Source of the DNA: Eledone cirrhosa
Lineage: Eukaryota
DNA length: 64,000 nucleotides
Assembly (NCBI GenBank): GCA_964016885.1
Contig: OZ024746.1
Coordinates: 8,370,001-8,434,000 of the forward strand
Reading direction: 5' to 3'
The translations under genes and the position numbers were made by a program. The notes beneath the pieces are model-generated. The model did not search any database. It was not told where the DNA came from and saw only the letters and a list, made by a program, of their open reading frames with translations. Numbering within the stretch: the first letter of the stretch is position 1; each line of letters starts with the position of its first letter. Of the stretch, positions 56,163 to 64,000 are shown in pieces.

Positions 56163-57453
56163 AAAAATCACAATTATCATCACAACCACCACCACTCTAA
56201 CCACCATCACTATCACTCCCACCACCACCACCATCACCATCACCACTATCACTACCACCATCACCATCACCACCATCGCTATCACTACCACCATCACCAT
56301 CACCACCATCGCCATCACCACCACCGTAACCATCACCATCACCACCATCGCTATCACTACCACCATCACCATCACCACCATCGCCATCACCACCACCGTA
56401 ACCATCACCATCACCACCATCGCTATTACTACCACCATCACCATCACCACCATCACCATCACCACCACCGTAACCATCACCATCACCACCATCACCATCA
56501 CCACCACCGTAACCATCACCATCACCACCACCACCATCACCACCACCACCATCACCACCACCGTAACCATCAAATCATTCAACCACCAAACCAAAAAATC
56601 CAACATCCTCCATTTAATACAACGTTTTTTTTCCACATGACCCTTTCCAGGGCACCTTCGTGACTTGTGGGACGAAGAGACAATGTGATCCTTAGATTAG
56701 GGACCTCACCTGAATAATTGTACCAGAGAGGGCTATGTATTGAACACAAAACATAGAGGTCCTTAACTAAACGCTATAATACATTTTATTCGACGCTCCA
56801 CCGATTCCGTCAATCCACCGCCACACAACAATGAAATGCACCAGATACAAGATCTAAGCCAATGAAATTGCAGTTAACCAGTCAACCAATCACAAGTCTG
56901 CTCATTCTAGTACATTACATTACACACGCCTGATCTAACATGTGTGAGATGTTGCTTGCCTAGATTTGATTAGCGCTTTAGTTACCATAGTAACACTGTG
57001 GTTCCACTACCGCTTTTGATTACATTATCTCAAGTGGTGTTTCCCAATTAGTGTGAATTGCACAAGTCAGCATGTATAACGATACATCTCTCCTCCCTCT
57101 ACCCCCTCTCTCTCTCCCTCTTTCTCTCCCCATTTCCCTCTGTATATATATATATGTACACACACACACACATACATACAGAGGGGGAAAGAGGGTCATA
57201 CATACATACATATATATATATATATGTATGTATGAGTGTGTATGCGTGTGTCTCTGTGTCTGAGTGCGTGTGTGTGTATCTATGTGTGTGTGTGTGTGTG
57301 CATGTGTGCATGCGTGTGTGTGTTTGAGTCTCTGTGTGTATGTGTGTATATATCATTTATCTTTATACACGTGCAAATGTATTGATGTGTATTTGGATGT
57401 ATTTGTGTGTGTATGCGTGTGTGTGGGCGCGTGTGTGTCTCTGTGTGTGTGTG

Positions 57454-57490
<37 letters not shown>

Positions 57491-57634
57491 GTAGAGGTTA
57501 TATTTAATTTGTTGGGATACAACAGGCAAAATATTTTTATAACTGACATAAAGCACTCAAAGAGATTCCAACCAGAATGGTTGCATATTTTTCAGGGTAT
57601 GTCAATATTTATTTATAAAACTAACCTATATTAT

Positions 57635-57697
57635 ATTTTATCTGATGAAAGCGCACCATAGTTTGCCTGGTGGCCCTTGAAATATGTATAATGAAGT
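57635..57697 (+). ncRNA. Type I minimal hammerhead motif related to the 9796 copy, intronic and sense
   Basis: ATTTTAT-CTGATGA(57642-57648)-AAGCGCACCA/TGGTGGCCCTT-GAAA(57679-57682)-TATGTAT-A-ATGAAGT. Same helix III as 9796 and a shared upstream CAGGGTATGTCA. The element (about 57491-57740) is flanked by (TA)n on both sides. Confidence 0.8.
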
Positions 57698-57736
57698 AAA
57701 TATGGTTTTATAAATATAGTTTCCATTTGTTAATAT

Positions 57737-57795
<59 letters not shown>

Positions 57796-58372
57796 TGTCT
57801 TTGCATACGTGCGTGTGCATTTATGTCATTTGTATGTATTTTGTGTGTGTGTGTGTGTGTATATTTGGGTGTATGTGTGTAGGTGTGTACGTGTGTACGT
57901 GTGTGTGTGTATGTGTTTTGGTAATGTCATCCTAAAATCCTGCCCCCCCCCCTCCCTCTAGCCCAAATAAACTTATATAACGCAGAATATCGTAATAATG
58001 TAATTATCATTTATGATGGCTGAACACAACCTGTCGTTGTATACATTATCGACATTATTGTCACCATTATCGACATTATTGTCACCATTATCGACATTAT
58101 TGTCATCATCATTAACATCTTCATTTTCATCATACATACGTACATACATACATACGTACGTACATACAGTCATACATACATACGTACGTACATACAGACA
58201 TATATAAATACATACATACATTCATACATACATACGTAAGTACATACATACATATATAAATACATACATACATACGTACGTACGTACATACATATATAAA
58301 TACATACATACATACATACATACATACATACATACATACGTACATACATATATAAATACATACATACATACA

Positions 58373-58403
<31 letters not shown>

Positions 58404-58754
58404 GGTGGCTGACAACTCGTTTTCGAGTACGGCCACTACTTTATATCCATGTAGGAGAACCCCTACCGATGCGCTGAATGTGTGTGACTTTGTAGTCCAG
58501 CCTGCGACATGAAAACTCTGGTACAAACACTACACCTGTGACAATTATTGACACAGTGCTGGGCCCATGCTACCATGTGACGACAAGTGCAGAGGGATCT
58601 TTAGATATAAAGCAATGCCTGTGCCGTGAAGCTTTTATAGTGAACAAAGGCACTGCATACATATATAAATACATACATATATAAATACATACGTACATAC
58701 ATATATAAATACATACATACAGTCATACATACATACGTACGTACATACACACAT

Positions 58755-59590
58755 AAAAAATTGACCAATTTACAGAAAAAGTTGTGCATGGATACTTGAG
58801 ACGTAAAACACAGACCATAGAGGGGATAAACTAATCAAAAAGCCTGGCATGGAGTTCCGACATTTTTATGACATCACACCTTGAGGGATATCTCTATGCA
58901 ATACAGGAACAAGAACTCCCTACCAAATATCTGCTGCACAAAAGGGGATGGCCACCAGCTGACAATAAATGTAAAACAAAGATCGAGGATGTAAGCCACA
59001 TAGTTGCCAGCTGCGAAAGAATGTCATCTCGCTACTACCTCCCCATCAGACACAATGGGATAGCTAGAACCATCTGGAACGCACTTCGGAAAACAAAATT
59101 AACAACAAACGAGGAAGAATATATTGAGACAGATGGCACTAAGGAATACTGGTGGAACCTGAAAATAAAAACTGCCACCAAATTAAAGCGCAACCGGCCT
59201 GATATTGTTGTTTGGGACCACACATTGAAAACGTGTTCTGTTGTGGAGATCAGCTGCCCACTTGATGTAAACGTTGTCAGAAAAATACAGGAGAAGGAGG
59301 ACATCTACGGACCATTGATGAGGAGTTTACAAATCCAGTATCCAAGATACACCTTTAACTTCATACCCATCATTATTGGAGCTACGAGTTATATACCAAC
59401 CCGCTTGGACCAAAGTATGACTGAACTTGGATTTGCGGACAAAGAGCGCAGCTCCCTAATTCATAGTCTACAAATGGCTGCGATAGCTGGCACCTTCAAA
59501 ATTTGCAAAACATTCTTGCGATTCAAGGGATGACAATTTCTTTTCTTTTACAACCTTGCCACCAGGAAGGTGGCCGGTCAAAAAAATATA
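58755..59590 (+). mobile_element. R4/Dong-like LINE 3' fragment (zinc knuckle plus PD-(D/E)xK endonuclease)
   Basis: ORF 58868-59533: AIQEQEL..E..SHIVASC..RHN..RPDIVVWD..VVEISCP..EKEDIY..IPIIIGA; (CATA)n on both flanks. Confidence 0.85.
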
Positions 59591-60152
59591 CTCGAAATTA
59601 AGAGAAAGAGATAACACATAAATAAATACATACATACATTCATACATACATACGTACATACATATATAAATATATAAATACATACATACATTAATACGTA
59701 CGTACATACACATACATACATACATATATACATAGACAGAGAGTGACAGACAGTGACAGTGGGCGATACAGAAATAAAGAAATACCAACCATATGAGGCC
59801 ATTATAGTCGGTAAAAGAATCTGCAATGAAAGTGCTAACTCATGACTATATCAAAGAAATGCCTCAAGTTTTTAAAGACATCCTATTCACAATCTCAAAC
59901 TGAGTGTCTGTTCTTTTCTACACCGTTGCTTGCAAACCCACTCGTACAATATCCAACATTATATGAGTTTCAATTTGCTTAATTCCAGCTGTGACGTGAC
60001 AAGTTTTAAAATGTGATTAAATCCAATTTGGATTTTCACAATTTTCTTTCTTTTTAATTTCTTATAAATCAAAGTCAGCCATTTTAGGTTGTTTAATCTC
60101 CATAACATTCTCATGTCTAAATTTTGTACTATTGTATTAATCGATTAATCAG

Positions 60153-60273
<121 letters not shown>

Positions 60274-60432
60274 TTATCTATCTATCTATCTACCTATCTC
60301 TTTAAATACCTCTCTAACTACCTACCTATCCCTCTCTGTCCTTCCCCCTCTCTCTCTATATATATATATCTACTTTTACTTAATCCCTATTCCCAAACAT
60401 TCTTAAACGAAATTTTCTTTTTCTATTTAAAG

Positions 60433-61520
60433 GGGTGATTCTTTACAAAAACTTCCCAGGGGTTCAGATGTACCAGACACTATTGGAGACGTGGCACACC
60501 CTCCCTCTGATCCGGCGTCATACAAATCAGTTACTTCTTCGTTTAAGATGGCAGAGTCCACGCAGCAGAATCAGAAAACTACTGAGCGTTCTATCTTCAC
60601 GAAAAAGACGACCCATCAAAACATTATGAAAACATCTCAACAAAACCACAGCAACTTTATGGCGCAAGTAAGACCCCAACAGCACCAGGAACCAAAAGCC
60701 TTTAACCAAATACACCAAAATTCTTACGTGAGGTCACAGGAGATACAACCTGTCGATAATCAATTCGTCACTCAGCATGCAGTCCATCAAGATCAAAATA
60801 CGATTCAACAGCAGAGAATCACACAGGAGAGTAATGTCACACAATTTGCTCAGAATCAACATAATAATCATGTAACTACCACCGAAACGCATGTTCACCA
60901 AGCCTATATGGGCCCTTTGCAGCCATATAAGCCAGTTGGTATGAAGCCAAAGGTTGCCGGTCATCTACCCTTGCGACAACCAACAGCATCACCTGTTCAA
61001 CAGTTTCCACCCCCATCCATGTCTCCCAAACCACCAATTTCCCCAATTTCTTTCACTGTAGAAGACAAAGAAAACTTTGTTCCGGCTGAAAATATCAATA
61101 AAAATATACCTAAGTTTAATGTGGCTAACCTGAAAGAAGTAGTGAAAAAACCTTGGGGTGACGTACAATTAGACGAATTATATATTCCTTTACCTAATTA
61201 TCAATCAAAATTACAGACTGTTCCTACAAGAGATACTTCACCAACTGCGGAAAAGAAAACAATTACAATTCCTGATATGACGATCAAACCATTATCAGAG
61301 GAAGAAATTCTAAGAATGAAAATGGCTGGTAAACAACCTGATTATTACGAAGAGGTCGAAGATGATGCAAATTTGATTGTACCTATCTTCATTGAAGATC
61401 GTCCGCACCTTCCCGTCTTTGGACCCCCAGTTGTGTATGGTCTCAACCCAGCTCTGATGCCACAGAAGAGTGTCGAAGAAGAAAGTGTAGCGTCGGAAGC
61501 AAGTTCTAGCTCCAAGAAGA
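60433..61520 (+). CDS. Large internal exon of the same PDZ protein, Gln/His/Pro-rich and probably disordered
   Basis: Acceptor ttttctttttctatttaaag; the first G completes AG|G (Arg) from the PDZ exon. The frame is open (GDSLQKLPRG...SSSSKK) for about 362 non-repetitive codons. Consensus donor a|gtaagt at 61521 (phase 1). Confidence 0.9.
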
Positions 61521-61841
61521 GTAAGTATTTTATAAATATGTTGTTAAAAACACAAGAAAAAAGAAATATAGAGAATATATAAATTCGTTTCAGAAGCCAT
61601 TAAATCTTAAGTAATTTCAGACATGTGTAAAGGAGTACAACTTGTTTAGGAAGAAGTAAATCTGGGAGTTAAGCAATAATAAAAATTAAAATCCTGAACG
61701 ATACAAGATAAAATACATCACGGAATAAAATATATGCTATAATAAAAACAATCCTGCCCCACAGTACAAGATATTATGACGTAACTATCGTAGTTATGTG
61801 TCTATAATTGCACCTTAATAGCTGCATATAAAAGTAATGTG

Positions 61842-61958
61842 CATGCTTGTGTGAGTATCAGTGTATATACATGCTTGTGTGAGTATCAGGGTATATACAT
61901 GCTTGTGTGAGTATCAGTGCATATACATGCTTGTGTGAGTATCAGTGCATATACATGC
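61842..61958. repeat. 28-bp tandem repeat, about 4 copies
   Basis: CATGCTTGTGTGAGTATCAGTGTATATA. Confidence 0.9.
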
Positions 61959-61999
61959 ACAATCATTTAGACTCTTTAATCTTAAAGAAATAAAACATA

Positions 62000-62667
62000 T
62001 ACGAGGTTCTGAAAAGTTCCTGACATGGGGATCATCTAAAAGAAAATACAGGAGGATCAGTTAAGATAAAATACAGGGGGATCAGTTAAGATAAAATACA
62101 GGGGGATCAGTTAAGATAAAATACAGGAGGATCAGTTAAGATAAAATACAGGGGGATCAGTTAAGATAAAATACATGGGGATCAGTTAATATAAAATACA
62201 GGGGGATCAGTTAAGATAAAATACAGGGGGATCAGTTAAGATAAAATACAGGGGGATCAGTTAAGATAAAATACAGGGGGATCATCTAAAAGAAAATACC
62301 GGGGGATCAGTTAAGATAAAATACAGGGGGGATCATCTAAAAGAAAATACAGGGGGATCAGTTAAGATAAAATACAGAGGGATCAGTTAGGATAAAATAC
62401 ATGGGGATCAGTTAAGATAAAATACAGGGGGCATCAGTTAAAAGAAAATACAGGAGGATCAGTTAAGATAAAATACAGGGGGATCAGTTAAGATAAAATA
62501 CAGGAGGATCAGTTAAAAGAAAATACAGAAGGATCAGTTAATTATGATTTTATTCAACATATTCCCCTCTCAAATCCACACAGTTATTGCAGTAGTCCTA
62601 CCTCCCCTGTAAAGGTAACAGCTCTACCGATAACCTTAAAGCCAGGAACTTTTCAGCAACTCTTGTA
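62000..62667. mobile_element. Mariner-like MITE with an internal minisatellite
   Basis: TACGAGGTTCTGAAAAGTTCCTG ... CAGGAACTTTTCAGCAACTCTTGTA terminal inverted repeats. Confidence 0.75.
62026..62541. repeat. 25-bp minisatellite, about 21 copies
   Basis: ATAAAATACAGGGGGATCAGTTAAG. Confidence 0.95.
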
Positions 62668-63373
62668 TATGTGAGGCTGATTTCATACAAAGTTCAGAAG
62701 CTACACATTTTGTAAGATAGATATTAATCTGTTGAAACGATCCGAATACTTTATCAACCTTATGACAAGGAACAATAAAACTGAACTCAACAGAAATTAA
62801 ATTTAGAAGATAGAAGAAGTGTAATAAATACGGTAAGGTACTTAATCCAACGTTATACTATTTCTGCAAACCCACAAGCTTCATTTAAAAGTTATAGTTG
62901 TTATTTAACTCTGGTATGAGTGATCAAACACACTTAAGTTTAAAGGCCTTCTAATCGTGACCATCACGTCTTCTATTTTTAAAACTGTAGGATATGGTTT
63001 AAGTGGGATTTAACTGCTAGTTCTAATACGCTTCTCTTTTAAAGTTATAACAAATGAGGTTTGTTTTAATTTTTGATCCACCATTTTAATTGATGGTAAT
63101 TAATAGAAGTCTTCTCGTCAACCGAAGAGCTAGAAAAACAAGTATCTCCTGGGATATGAAGCTAGGCTATTGCAGGCTAACTTCTGAGATAAACTGCTCT
63201 TAACTGAATTAATTTGATTCACTTTATTAGTTTTTCTTCTACTGAAGCACGATTTAAATTAGGAAATATGTGAGACAAGTGTTAGTGATGTCACTGTTTG
63301 GTTTGATGGTAGCTTTTAACAATGTTCCAACACCACATCACATATATACACAAACACACATACACTTACACAA

Positions 63374-63447
<74 letters not shown>

Positions 63448-63617
63448 TCACACACACGCACACACACGCGCGCGCGCACACACAGAGGCACAAACGCACA
63501 CACACGCACACACATATAATCTAATCATTAAATTTGACTGTTTATGCAAAATTTGGCACCGCAACCTCATGTAATGGCTGCATACCCAAATGTGTATGTA
63601 TGTGTGTGTGTGTGTGT

Positions 63618-63679
<62 letters not shown>

Positions 63680-63773
63680 ATGTGTGTGTGTATGTATGTA
63701 TGTGTGTGTGTATGTATGCATATATGTTCTGGTTATATTATTTTATAAATTTTCACCAACAGAAAGAGAGAGA

Positions 63774-63807
<34 letters not shown>

Positions 63808-63814
63808 TAGATAG

Positions 63815-63845
<31 letters not shown>

Positions 63846-64000
63846 TATAGCCGGTTTCTACCATAGGAACAAGACACTTTCATAAGAAGTTAGACAACAT
63901 ATTAACTAGGTAAATACATATGAATGTTGCATCTGTTGTCACATCCAGGTGTTTTGCCTGCATCTCTATCACTTTTGTGTGTCTGGTATTTCGTGACTGA

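Noticed and set aside
60491-61582. The 363-aa ORF as a standalone single-exon gene
   Set aside because: The GTG start is internal, and splice sites at 60432/60433 and 61520/61521 show that it is an internal exon.

Overview
AT-rich eukaryotic DNA dominated by microsatellites and interspersed repeats. The SINE sequences and (TA)n/(CA)n density suggest an octopus (coleoid cephalopod) genome; this is an inference. Nearly all ORFs in the track are microsatellite artefacts. The only clear host coding sequence is two phase-compatible + strand exons: the C-terminal half of a PDZ domain (55028-55179, absent from the ORF track) and a 1.09-kb Gln/Pro-rich exon (60433-61520), resembling the PDLIM/Zasp/synaptopodin-2 group. 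The rest comprises two abundant tRNA-SINE families, 3' fragments of RTE, Tx1/L1, CRE-like and R4-like LINEs, mariner/Tc1/hAT/piggyBac-like MITEs, a Helitron and several minisatellites. The most striking hidden signal is a dense set of type I hammerhead ribozyme motifs (CUGANGA-helix II-GAAA-short or palindromic helix III-NUH-helix I). Six loci fold convincingly by hand and several more are decayed. They lie in short non-coding elements embedded in or next to (TA)n tracts, often as fold-back inverted repeats, which matches Penelope-like element termini. Some have branched, expanded helix II domains. One family retains only the 3' half of the ribozyme inside a near-perfect palindrome, and one copy is in sense orientation inside the PDZ gene intron. 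All folds were checked by eye only.
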